In this document: one piece after another, positions 25,281-37,879 of the stretch
Layout of the letters: the number at the start of each line of letters is the position of its first letter
Position numbering within the stretch: position 1 is the first letter of the stretch
DNA from: Perkinsus olseni
Lineage: Eukaryota
DNA: 64,000 nt
Assembly: GCA_013115125.1 (NCBI GenBank)
Contig: JABANN010000005.1
Coordinates: forward strand, 62,001 to 126,000
Direction: 5' to 3'
Notes under the pieces: generated by a model
What the model was told of the DNA's origin: nothing
Database searches by the model: none
Seen by the model: only the letters and a program-made list of their open reading frames with translations
Program-made: the position numbers and the translations under genes

Positions 25281-28270
25281 TCAATGCTGCTTGAGTGCGA
25301 GTTTGTGGTTGACGGGGTTACCCCGTCGGGATCTATTTCCCGTTCGCAGGTCATTCGGCGAGTCCGGATGAATATCGCAAAGGACCGAGTTCGCAGCAAG
25401 TCTGTACTCGGAATATAACAACGGGAATGGCATACCAGAGCCGATGCCCTCGGTATATGGCCCAGTAGTCCGGAAGATATGATCTGTGCATATCCGTTCC
25501 GGTACTTCGTAACTCAACAACTTCCTTATTGTCATACATCTGAAACCGGAGGTTCTTGCTGATGTTGATTTGTTGCGTTATTGGCATTAGTAGCTCCCCG
25601 CCGTTTCCGATGCGCCCTTTCCTCCATCTTCTCGTGCGTGTCGGCCAAATACTTAACAAAGAAATGATCCATGACGGGATACTGACCAGTCCGAGGATCG
25701 GCAGTGAACTTGCCAATCTGAGAAAGAACATCGAGTCTATCGCCATTTCTTAACAATACGCGCTGGCATCATTCCACGGCGCAATCAGAAGAAGAGTCCG
25801 CAAGGTCATCGCAAGAAAACCCCTCCGATTAGCCAAAAGGAAAGAAGGGAACTATTCAAACCACCACATGCGAAGAAGAAAACCAACAGCGCTACACGCT
25901 CAATTCCTCGGACTCGAAGCGGTCGCTGTGATGTGACCGGCAAAACCAGTGTGAGTAAGGGACAAGCTGCGACTCACCTCGAAAATGAACTCGCTGGGAT
26001 GCTTCCACGTAGCAAACCCATGATCGAGCCAGCATGGATGGACTATCTTGCATTTTAACGACTCCTCCTTCATCGCCTTCGCGACTAGATGACACTAAGA
26101 GAAGACATCCCAATAGATTCACCAACTTTTCGACTCCGAAAACTTGATAGAATTCCAGTTCACCCCTACCTTCGCGGTGCCGCCTTTCGCACAGACCAAA
26201 TGAGTCGGTCCATCCTCCAAGTTGTTGATCACCGTGCCGCCGTACATCTCAATCATCTCAGCTCGCTCCGATGCTTCGTTCTGGTTGAAGCCTGCGTGGT
26301 CAGGGGTTTTACGATAAGGCGAGCCAAGGCACTACCAGTGAGCATGATACGACAGTTCTTGAAGGTCTGCTTCCGAGTATCGTCTATGATGTTCTTAACG
26401 TCCACGACGAAGCCGTCAGCAGCGGCTTCCGCCAGAGCGTTGCAATAGCGGTGATGAATGTCCGTGAAGACTCGAACCATCGCAGGGAGGTACCTGACCC
26501 GTTCTGCCGTCACTTCGTGAGAGTGCCATGCCGTCAAATTGAAGTGGACCCCCTTCCGTGGTCGTGAATCCGTACGACAGCGGCCGTCGGCCGAGTACGA
26601 GCCGCACACTGCAGGGAAACCCTTGAGCTGAGTGCGTCCTCCCACTTTCCACGCTCGAATCCTCCCCACAGTTCGATCCGCAATCGCTCACAATAATTCA
26701 CAACCATGTGCCAGATCACCGATCATTTCATACGCGTAACTTCAGGAAGAAATTCCGGATTTGAGGTACCCATGATTATATTAAGACGATTTCCAATGTC
26801 ACAAAGAGCTGTGTACAACAAACAAAAATACAACCAGTGCACCAACTTCCGTGATCAATAAGCTTCCAGCCTTACCCGTCGAAGTTCTTGGACGCGTCAT
26901 CCAATTCAGGCTTGGGATTGCCGCTCGCCTGGCCGCCATCCTTCAGCCAATCGGAAGTCAGCTTGAGCGCACGGACGACTTGTAAGAGCTTTTGGTCCAT
27001 GTACTTATACGGTGGACACTTAATAACGTTGGGCTGGAAATCTAGCCAGATTTTATCCCTGAACGAAGTGGACTAATAGCGAGACGGGTTCAGATCCTGG
27101 CGCACTTATCATCCAGGATGATAACCTCTTCTCTCGGCCGAGAACACACCGCCCGTATGTCTTTGTTTTCGTTCGAACCGTGCTTCATATCGTCACATCG
27201 TGAAAATACATTATCGCTGCGGAAGAAGCCTTTTTTGTGTGGGTCTAGGGCCTGAGCGTCTAGGGTGATGACTGCTCAAAGCTGGCAGTATGCTCACCTC
27301 CATCACGTATTCGAGATACACTCGAGTGGCTTTCGTGTGGATGTAAAACTCGTACATGGGCTGCAGTGCTTCCAAGAACTCATGTACACCTGAGAAATAA
27401 AATAATGCCGCGGAGCAGCCAGGCACGCTCCCGTACCGGGTCGCAACTTGACGAAATGAGGCTCCTTGCCGGTCTGCATCGGCAACTCCGTTTGATGCAA
27501 ATCTATGCCCAAGGCCTCCACGACGCGGTCGGGATACCGTGGCATGGTAGGGGGCTGCACAGGCCACACAAGAGAGGTATAAATTCTCATATGCGTCGAT
27601 ACTATTATTACCTGTGGCACGGCATTAACCAAAGTATGATCGAGATCAAGGACAAGAGCCAGCTTTTTGGCGGACTCAGCGTCTTGAGAGAGCTGCGCAA
27701 CCGGGGGCGACTGGTCAGACTCCGATGGCGTGGGTGGTGTTGGTGATGGCGATTCTGAAACCAACACCGATAGAATGCCCAAAGCACAGGCGTAGCCAAA
27801 ACGAGACGAGTGGTATCTACTCAAAAGGGCGCCCTACCAGTTTCCTCTGCAGGCTGCGGCGTTGCTTTACCGTCGTCCGGCGTTCCATCTGGCAAGTGGA
27901 AGTCAGGCTCGGACGAGGTTACAATAGGGGAGCCGATGTCAAAGTCAGAGGGGCTCGCTGGGTTTGGTATTACCGATAGTTTCAGACTACTGAGGTACCT
28001 GTCAACAGCACAGCGATATACCCGATTCGCGGACGTGCTATTATGCTGATGGTAAGGGGCGCGGGACTTCGAGAGAGCGCAAGCGTCTCAGTGCCCGGGG
28101 AGCGTCACAGCTCGATTCCTTCAGTTGAACGCTTGTGAGCAGCTTATTAGGGAGCGTCAGCCTACCATGCGAGAAGCTCTTGTTTGAGGTCATCCACGGG
28201 CAGTCTATTCGCCATAGTAAGGACGCTACAACTGCCGTCAATGCAACAATGATATTTGATAACACGAACC
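25281..28270 (-). CDS. FCP1: FCP1-like RNA polymerase II CTD phosphatase with BRCT domain (multi-exon; ends approximate)
   Basis: KKLALVLDLDHTLVNA (HAD DxDxT motif, ~27620-27670), FVKLRPG|VHEFL..MYEFYIHTKATRVY, VIILDD, DVKNIIDDTRKQTFKNCRIMLTG, and BRCT-type KIVHPCWLDHGFATWKHPSE (~25990-26050). Confidence 0.85.
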
Positions 28271-28834
28271 ACTTGTCTCAATCGCTTCCAAAGTACAGCG
28301 TTCTCGACTAACTCGTGATGGCTTTGGGTTTGTAGCACTCTGATCTCCTGGGGTTCCTTACCGCAGGTTCACCGTTATCGCGTGGCAGAAGAACCCTTCG
28401 TCCAAATCACGACCCAGTCCAGGTCCTACGTCAAGGGTTGAACTTTCATGACGCGTTTCCTTAAAGCGAGCATCAGCCTTTCGATGCGGTGCTGGCTCTC
28501 CACTTAAGAGACGCTTGAGGGCTAGCGTGGGCCCCGCCCGTCCCCCTCCGTAGAAAGGGCGACGGAGAGCTTGCACAGGTGCAAGGGGAGTCGAACAGAA
28601 TCCGGACAGTTGCTCACCACGAGCCTTAGGTCCAAAATGTGTCAACTTGTAAAATTTCGATGAAGTCTGCTGTATTTCTCAATAGGGTTCAGCTCTTGCT
28701 CAATCGTGAAGTTGTGGAAGTGGCTCTACGCAAGACATGATGCACGCAAGCACACAGGCTTGAGATAATGCAAGTGAGCAAGATATGCAAGTAATTTGGG
28801 TTTGGATGTTGAACTCCTAGATTACATCATTTAT

Positions 28835-30726
28835 ATGAAGCCCCTTGTCTTCGCCGTGCTGCTCGTCCAGCAATGTCTGGCTGATTCTTTTGCAGACAGG
28901 GCAGACAGGGAGTTCGACAACTTCAAAAAGAAGTACGGCGGGGCTTACGGTGCTGCCAATAAGAAACGTGGAACGCGTGTTTCGAATCATCTAGAAGGCA
29001 GCTCGTGATTCTCTCTAACAGGTTGAACGTTCAGTATACGCCGAGTGAAGAGGACTACCGTCGTCAAGTGTTTCACGACAATTTCAAGTGGATAGAAGAG
29101 CAAAATGCTCGAGGTCACCCGCACGTCTCCGTGGCTTGCTTTCACCATTCCGACGATGCGTGCGTGTGAGTTTATGGTCCGACGCCGGTTCCGGCTTAGT
29201 TAGCCTCTTGCCGATGTGCTCAGTGGGGGGCTCTCTGTAGCGTTGAAATGCCGTGCAATCGAATTGGTTCCTCAGGAAGCGTCCGTCGGGGGGCCAAATT
29301 CGCACGGCGTTGCTGCAGGTGACTTGAAATATGTTCTTGGAGTTACGAGGTTCACGGACCGGACCGACGAGGAGTTCGCCAACTCGCGCACCGCTGCAGG
29401 CTTGCGGGGCTCAGTGGAAGATCTCTCCGGATACCTAAGAAGTCAGGTTGTCTCTCGGTCTCGCGTTGCTCAGCTCAGATTCAGGTTTCGGAGTGCCTCT
29501 AGTCCGTAGCTCTGTTCAATCTGTCGACAAACCCCCGCCAGCGTCTAAGAACTGGGCGGATGAGGGGGTCGTTGGCATCATTAAGGACCAGGGTCTATGT
29601 GGATCGTGCGCTTCATTTGCTACAACAGGTGTCGGTGGCTAAGTCGCTGAGTAGGCTCACTGTCAATCAATGCAGGCACACTGGAGAGCCACTACGCTCT
29701 TGCGATGCATCAGACGAACTCCTCTATAGTACCGCTGTCCGAGCAGCAGCTACTTGATTGTGACCCTACTGCGTGAGGGGGAGCGGATCGGTGAACTCTT
29801 GCGAAAATAAGGATATTCTTTCTTTGCAGGGCTTGTGATGGAGGTTTGCCAAGCGGAACCTTCACCTACATCAAAGGCAACGGTTTAACAAGCGAGACGG
29901 TATACCCGTATGAGGCTAGGAACTCAGCGACCTTCAGTCAGCCTTGCAAAAGGGACCTGCTCACTACCAACAACCTAGTCGTTCAAGTAGGAAACCGGCA
30001 CTCCCCTTGAGATGCCACAGTGCCTTGTCTCAGCCCGGTGTAGTCACTGGTTACACCCAAATCAACACCGGTGATTATGACTCTCTGCTGTCGGCTGTGG
30101 GCTTGCTGGGCCCAGTTGCTACCATGATTGATGGTACTACCCCGGCGTTCAAGAATTATCAGTCGGGTGTTATCACTGGTGAGTCCTCCAGCGCCATGAT
30201 AGCCTCCATGCTGGACGCAGGTCCCTGTGGTACAAGCACTCTCCACATAGTGGTCATCGTCGGCTACGGCGAAACTTCGGATGGTATCAAGTAGGGCTCG
30301 CGGTAGTCGCAGTAGTAGGCAATTGTGATGACGTGGTCTTAGATACTGGCTCATCAAGAACTCATGGGGTACTGGCTGGGGCGACAAAGGGTATGCCAAA
30401 GTTGAAAGGGGAACTGGTGGAGTTGGTATGAACGGCACTTTCGCGCTTTCTCTCGACTCTGTCTCCCTAGGTATGTGTGGCATCAAGACACTATCGTGGT
30501 ATCCGCATGTTAACGTGTCGTCCGCAGTGACCACTGCCGCACCAACGACTAACCCACCGACGAATAATCCACCTACAGTGGCTCCCAGGTGAGAGCAGCA
30601 TCGCCCTCATTACTGGGAATCCAACTCTGTTTCAGAAGCGCCGCTGCTGTCGGAAGCTTCACTTCTCAATTTTCATGGGGACTTCTCGCCCTAGCTGCTA
30701 CCATCATCATTAGTATCCGCCCTTGA
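28835..30726 (+). CDS. Cathepsin L-like papain-family (C1A) cysteine protease, with signal peptide, I29 propeptide and probable GPI signal
   Basis: Signal peptide [16 protein letters not shown]; propeptide [46 protein letters not shown] (catalytic Cys codon 29607); [35 protein letters not shown]; then a T/P-rich stalk and hydrophobic C-terminus. Confidence 0.92.
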
Positions 30727-31300
30727 TGTTAGTATGTATTTACAAGAAGGACACCTCGTGGCTTCAAACTAGGGGACAACGGTTTATCCATCTGGGAGAT
30801 GACCTCAATTCGTCTCAACACCAACACTTCGCTTTCTTCTTTTTAAAAAGAAGTTTTTTCATGTAGGAAATCCATCTCGCGTTCTTACAATTTCAAAAGG
30901 GCAGTGCATCGCGGGCACATCTGAGATTCGAGTCCGTCTTGTAATGTGGAGCATGACAAAGTACCGATCGTACCCTTCCATTTTTCGTCGACATATCATG
31001 TGCGACATTGTAACTCAACAGCGCATCGACAACATATTTCACTGAGCGCAGCTTTCACAACGAACCACCCTTCGATGGCTATAGGAAAATCACATCACGA
31101 ATCAATCCTGCAGTTGTTCGCGAAGGAATTCGAGTTCTCGACTGCTCAGATCAGCAAGAGCAAGCTCCCGCAAAAGTCCACAACAAACTGTTTCACTGAA
31201 ATTGGTCAGAAAACAATCTTTCGATTGACAAACGTAACGCCGTTACACGTACTGTGGAAACACCCACCATGAATCATGCGCATGCGACCGTAGACGATCC

Positions 31301-34300
31301 CTACGAATCTCCCAATGGAGGGCCATCAAAAAAGACTCGCGGCAATTTCTTATCAGTTGGTATCTTCGATTCGACATCAAAACTAAATCTGGTTACGATC
31401 GCTGCTTCGAGGAGTGGAGCGTTGACGACCGAAAGGAGATCTTCCTGTGAATAGGCCGATAACCAATCGGTGAGGTCCGACTCATGTATCTGATCGATAC
31501 GCACCCACTGTTTATACACTCCAACAGAGAACCTCCTGTTGAGCACATCGGCAAGAGTCTAAGTGAGCCGGAAAAACCGGCGTTGGACTATAACCTCACA
31601 CACACAGTCCTCTGGTTAATCTTAGAGTGTCAGTTTTTCCGCCGCTAGCTTCAACTGGGACGAGTTACGATGCAAAACGTATAGGGATACTTTCGAGAAG
31701 CCTACTGAATATAACCCCAAAGTTTCCTACCACAACTGGAAGGAATAGAAGGAGGAGACACTGCACGCCGCTGCATGCGCCTTACGTCCCTGACCAGGAT
31801 AGTTCGTATTGACCTTCCGTCTGCGGGGTTCAACTCCCGGACTCTGATGGTGTAATTGATCGCATGGAATGCCTGAAAAGACGTTACAATCGGACTCTTG
31901 GACATTCCTGGAAACATGGCAGCGAATAGCGATGAGGATTGTTTCGGTGCCAAAAACAAGTTGCCGTAACGACGAAAAAAGGACGCATATCATAGTCAAA
32001 CCAGGTATGCTAGAGAGTGCGGGCTTCGCTATTGACTCGCGTACCTGTATGCTGCGGTCCGAGCATCCTTCGAAAAGCTCTACCATCACGGAACAAGATC
32101 TTCCATCGGCCAGCCTAACTTCTCGACGAGCTGACGCTAGTGCTTCACCACTGACGTCCACCTTAACAAGGCAAGAGTGCGTGGGCTAAGATACCATAGG
32201 ATGCACGGGTGGCTGTTCGCTGTCCACTAGCGATCGGACTGAGCGAACATAACTGAGATCGGAGCTGGGGGCTTACGCGAGGCGCGGATCCTCCTTGTAA
32301 GTTCTTCATGGCATGCACTGTTTGAGCAAGGGGGCCCTCCGTCGCAATGCCAGAGGCCGCATTCTCCCTCTCCTAACAATGGAAGATGTACCTTATGTTG
32401 AACCCCGACACGCTCCCTGGCCAGCTGCATGAATGATGCCAAAGTTGCGAGGCCATAAAACGGAGCGGCGCTTCCAGTGCTGATGCCGAGTTAACGCAGG
32501 GCAGTCAGGGTGTATGTTCCTACGCTTGCAGACGGCTTCCTCCTGATTAGCTCTGCCTGCAGTAACCTCGGACGGAAGACTATGCTTTCCCGCCCTAAGG
32601 GGTCCATCTACGAAAACAATATGGCTCATGGCCCCGGCGTATCGAAGGGCTACAGCAATCCCATAAAGAAGGAAGAGCTCTCCGAACTCCTTGTTCTGGG
32701 ACTTCGTGAGATTCCCGGGGTCGCCGGGAGTGTCTGAGAAAAGGAAATTTGAGCCTTTCTGCTTTCCGGCCCGGCCGGGTGCCTCCGAGTATATGGGTGA
32801 CGGCCTCCCTGATGGCATCATGTTGCTTGACGATGAGGTCAAGCTCCTTTCCACCGTCGGTGTAGCACTTTACCAGGAAGCTTCCGGCGTCACTCCCGGA
32901 ATACCTGCGGAGCAGTGAGTGCAAAAGTACCCACAGGGCCACTCTCGAGATAATGCAGCTGGCCGAGGCGAAGCACCGTACACAGGAGGGGCTGATGAGA
33001 GCAGCGGCCCATCTTACAAACTTAGAACTGCAGTGACATTGCCACCGTTGAAGGAACGCGTTGTACGATGAATGAGCAGCGTTGATTCGCCTGAGATCCT
33101 TCGCTAGCGTGGCAATGGACCATAATCGGCTTACTTTCCTCGCTAAGGGCACCTCCGGTACCTGTTCCACTCACTGGCGCAACATAGTAAGAAGAGGATG
33201 TAAACCAGTGTAGCATTGACGCTCGATGTTCATTCGGTGAGGGATACCTTCGGAGGAAAAGACCTTTACAGCCTCGACTGACGTGAAAGCGGTTCCTCAC
33301 GGTGCTCTGAAGTTGGCTAGCTTAACATCCTCTGCGGAGAACATGACCGCTCCTTGCCATAAAGTCCGCTGGCCATCGGGATGCCCGAGGGCTATCCGAA
33401 CCTAGCTTGGCACTCGGAGCAGCTGTCTCCACTGACGAAGACTTATCACATCACTGTCTTGAAGAATGGAGAGCACGAAGGTGTGCGCGCCGAGGGTAAC
33501 CAGCGTTGTGAAAATGAAAGGCCGCCCATCGTGGCTTGGTACAATGAGATGGGTGGACGAGAGGTCATCCAGGGAAAAGGTCTGAGCTTGAGTTCTCATC
33601 AGAGGGCCACCGTGCGGGCTTGAGCGAGTTCTCACCAGCGTCAGCTTCCTCGAGGTTGGGATGCCATCCTCGAGGCTCAGCGGGATGGACTTGAGGAGTA
33701 TTCTCAAATCTCTGGATGCCTCCGCTCCGGGTACAGAGCGGTTAGCTGCATACCTGAGTGTACACTGAGCAGGGGATTCAACGGCGGGGAGTGTCCTACA
33801 AGACTTCAACTTCGTCATTGGAAGGGATTGTAGCTGCGACGACGGGTATGGCGGTTTCAGCGGAGCCGTCCTGCCTGATCGAAGTGTGATCGAACCCTGA
33901 AAGCTTATCTGTGTAAGCTCCCACAAGGCACTCTGGTTTGAGGCTAGTAGCCTCCCCACCTTTCGGACAGTATCGGTAGCTAATTGACTTGTCATCCGCT
34001 TCGACAATGCATCCATCACGCAGCATTCTACCTGTCGAGGGAGGCGTCGACAGGAAAATATATCCCCGCGAGCTGACATGATGTATCAAAGAGATGACGG
34101 ATCAGACTCCTCTCGGTCTTTCTAGTGTAGTGGCGCTGCTGTTGTGCTATTGAGGAACCGTCGCGTGCTTGCTCATCTGAGTAGAGTAATGAGGTGTTGA
34201 TAGATAAGTGGAAGTGAAGGACGACGACGCGAGTGAATTCTCTTCGTCGTTGTCGTTTCTACGGCTCTTACCACGCTGGACGATACCCCAATTCGGCACG

Positions 34301-37300
34301 CCACGGCTCGAAGCTGGACAAAAGTCGTTCCTAAGCAACATCCAGCACGATAACAGGCGTACCAATCCGCCCCACCTGAACGCCAAAGACAGCTCGTTCG
34401 GCACCTGAGTGTCGACTAGTGACACCGTGATAACGTGTGGGAAGGATGCCTCCGCCAGACAGACAACAAGGCTCTGAGCGCAAGTCTGCCTCTTGCGATT
34501 CACGGCTGCTCTGATCGAGGTAGCTACCCGTTCTTTGAAGGTTTTGTCCTCTCGGCTCGCGTCACGGGATGACGAAGGGAAGTTGAAAACGCTGATCATG
34601 TGCCTTTCTGGTTGGTCTGTTTGCCCGTCAATTGGCATCACCTAGGAAGCAAGCCGATCAGCTGCGAGTCTTCACTGAGCGGACCTCACCGCAAAGAACG
34701 AAGAGTGGCTCAGGGGTTCATCTATGAACACTAGAATGGACCCAGTCCTGTCAGAAGTGTTGGTCGCGTACCTGAGACTGTAGTCAGGGAGAATTGAGGG
34801 AGAATTGGCTGACGTACACAGAGACCAGCAGGCGGAGGTCATTCAGTTGCTTGGTCCCACAAAAGAGCTCATTCCAACCCAGACTAGATGGCATGGGCGT
34901 CTCGTCGTTCGCTGTACCTGCGCTGTGGTTATAGTTATTCTGGGCATTAACAGCCCTCTGACCGCATGTTATTCCGTTATGGCTCAGTAATGCAGTTGCG
35001 AATGACTCGCTCGATCTCTTCTTCGAACCTTGTTCCTCCTCCTGGTGAGGTGAGGTGCCTTGTTAACCAGCGACTAGCTTGCGTGAGCAGTAGCGGAATA
35101 CAACTCGCGCCCATTTTAATGAGAGAACATGCGCTGGAGTGTGTGTACGCGTCTGCATGCTCACCATCGCATGGCTGCAGAGTACTTGAGAGGGTCATCT
35201 GCGGGACGCCGTCATCGTCTAGACTGAGCACCAGGCCGCTCAGGATGCATGCGGGTATCTGCTACGAGGAAGGGTTAGGATTGCTGGGTATAGCGACACA
35301 CATTCTCTTCTTCCAAGAGCCCGGTGTCCCCAACCATGCCCTTCATGAACTCCTCAACTTCCTCGCAAGAGAGATACAGCTCTAGCCTCGCAAGAGAATC
35401 TGGTCAAGTCTCAGGCGAGCCAAAGCGCCCATCGACCGTACTAGTGTCCGAATCCAAATCTAGTCCCAGCGTTGCTGGAACAGGCTGCACCTCAACCGTA
35501 TATTCGTCCGGTATTGGGGGATGGCCAGGTGCTGGATCTTTGAGAACAGCGTAGAGCGCACAGTCGTGGGTCGCCTGCGAGCCTCCACACCTGCCACGAG
35601 ATACGGGTGTATCATTCAGCCGATGGAGCATCTACGATATTGCTCTCCTCGTCTCCATTAGCTGTGTCCGAGCAGGTCGTGAATTGGCAAAGATATCCCC
35701 AGCTTCTTGGTCAATGGTTTCAGCTGCGGTGTGACCGTGGCGGTCTAAAGCCGGATTGAAGATGCTCACGTTTGATGGTGATTACCCTTTCGCATACCGA
35801 ATGATGAAGCTGAACCCTTGAAATATCTTTCTTGGAGAACCGCAGTAATACGGGAGGATTGGTGGGGATTGAGAAGCCTCGAGGAAGACGGCCTGATCCA
35901 GCTACCTCTTTGGTGCAAGAGGCCCGAGACAGCAGCAGCAGCTCACATTAAGGGGACGAGGACGCATGAGCCATCCTCGCCGTGTATGAGAAGGCGTCGA
36001 TGAACGGTACGTGAGCCTGAGGTCAGCTTGCCTGGTTCGAAGTGAAGTGAGGAGAGCCGCACCCGATGGGGCATCGTAACGGTTGAAGAAGAGATGCAGC
36101 ATAGCTTCCCTGTCGGTGGACTCTAGAAGGATGGTGAGGACTCCCTCTGAGTCAATCCTCTACAAGTGCTTGCTCTGGCGCGGTCGAGCTCACCTTGCCA
36201 AGAGCAGGTCTGGCAATGTGTGAGTACTCCGTCGTGGGAAAGCGTGGATTCTCCAGGCGGGGCTACGGAGCAGCTCGTGGAGAGGCAGTTGCTGCTCGTA
36301 CCATGACGTACGATCAGAAAGGGAGCCGACTTCCCTGTCGATCTTCGTCAATGTTCGCGCCCTCATGAAGACTCCACCATCCCTCTCCAAAACAACCGAG
36401 ATCGTGTTTATAGTCTGTTGAACAGAGAGTCTGTTCACACCACGGCTCTTGTGATCCTCCTCTCACCTGGTCTCGATCTATACGGACAACAACCTCGAGA
36501 TTCTCATCAAGCACGAGGGAGTCTCTGAAGATCTCTCCTTCCCGCTGCTCTCGCGTCCCTGCAAACCCAGACTATCGCCGTGTCCTCAAGGGTTAAGGTT
36601 ACCCAGAATGTCATGACGCTCGTGTAGACTACTCTGCGGCAGAGACCCGACCTGTCACCACACCATGCCTAGTAAGAAGGCTGTTCCTATCCACCTCCCC
36701 TCTGTTATCCCCGTCTCGCTGCTGGGTGCTCATCGATGTATCAAATACTTCCACCGCGCACTAATGAGTGCGAGAGGACAGTTATCAGTTCAAAGCAAAT
36801 ATGGTCGCTCACCAAAGTGGCAGCACCATCTATTTTAATTATTCTCAAAGTGCTCTGGGCGAGCGCGCTGATGTCATCAGGAGTCGTATCTTCGAGTTTC
36901 CCCATGCCGCCTGACTGTTACCGAATCCAAAGACAGAGTAGGCGAAATCGAACCACCAGGAAGCTCAGAAGGCCTCAGGTAGAGGACGAAAACTCTCCGC
37001 GTTTCGACATCGGTGGCCACAAGTCGCACCACTGCCTCGGCGTCGGGCTCTAATACGACGTAATGGGCTGTGACCACCATACGCCTAGCCGAGATGTCGC
37101 ACACACTCCGGCCTATGAAAGACAGTATTCCATCTCGAGGAGTGTGTAAGGTTTACCGACGAAATTCGCTTGAGAGTACGACTCCTCTCTGACGATGGTC
37201 TGAGAGCCGTGGAGGAGGGCAAACTGCTCCACCCCTAGTTCGCTGAGTAAGTTCTCTCCGCTGTTGGTATCCGAATCGGATGCATGAGATCGGAGCCAGA

Positions 37301-37842
37301 GGCTTGCTAGTCGTCTCGGGAGGGCGATTTTGCTCCTGAAATTGAGAGAGTATTCCGACGCCAAAAGACGGGTTTTTGCCAAATAAAAAAGGCAATTCGA
37401 ATGTCCACCGAGGCTCCCCTCCATCAGTTTACACCTGCCGTGTGCCGAGTCGAGCAGCACGCGACGATTGAAGAAGAAGCTCGCTCCCTACTTCGCTTCC
37501 ATCTTTGTAGAGTCGTCCGCGTCAGAGGAATCCTCGATTATTTCTACAGTTACTCGAACCTAACGCTCGTTGGCAAGGCCAGCATAGCTATGAGAGGTTC
37601 TGTTACCCTCCCATCTCCATCTTCCAGCTCAGTGTCGGGCCCTGCGTACTGATCGTCACATGTGTCACAGCTGCGAATGTGATGTCCTGCCATACACAGT
37701 GTATGACTGAGGGTGTATTCTCGACATCAGCACCTCTCTCTTCATTCACTATTCGAATACGCTGTGCTTGCTGTATTCCGAGGATAACTGCTATGTAGTT
37801 GACGAACCAGGCAGGCGAGTATTGCTGCCCCGACGGTGGCAT
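31301..37842 (-). CDS. Large uncharacterised multi-exon gene (or genes)
   Basis: Chain of minus-strand exon-like ORFs (31301-31546, 31727-32161, 33402-34079, 34147-34641, 36190-36438, 36877-37104, 37113-37460) bounded by GT/AG sites. No family recognised. Confidence 0.4.
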
Positions 37843-37879
37843 TCCAACCAGCGGTAGACCGGCTTTGTTACATCATTTC

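Noticed and set aside
29983-30534. 183-aa minus-strand ORF (and many similar ORFs in the track)
   Set aside because: Antisense shadow of a well-supported spliced gene on the other strand.
30836-30853. 18-bp palindrome CTTCTTTTTAAAAAGAAG (also a 17-bp one at 55435-55451)
   Set aside because: Low-complexity and short; bacterial-type terminators are not applicable here.
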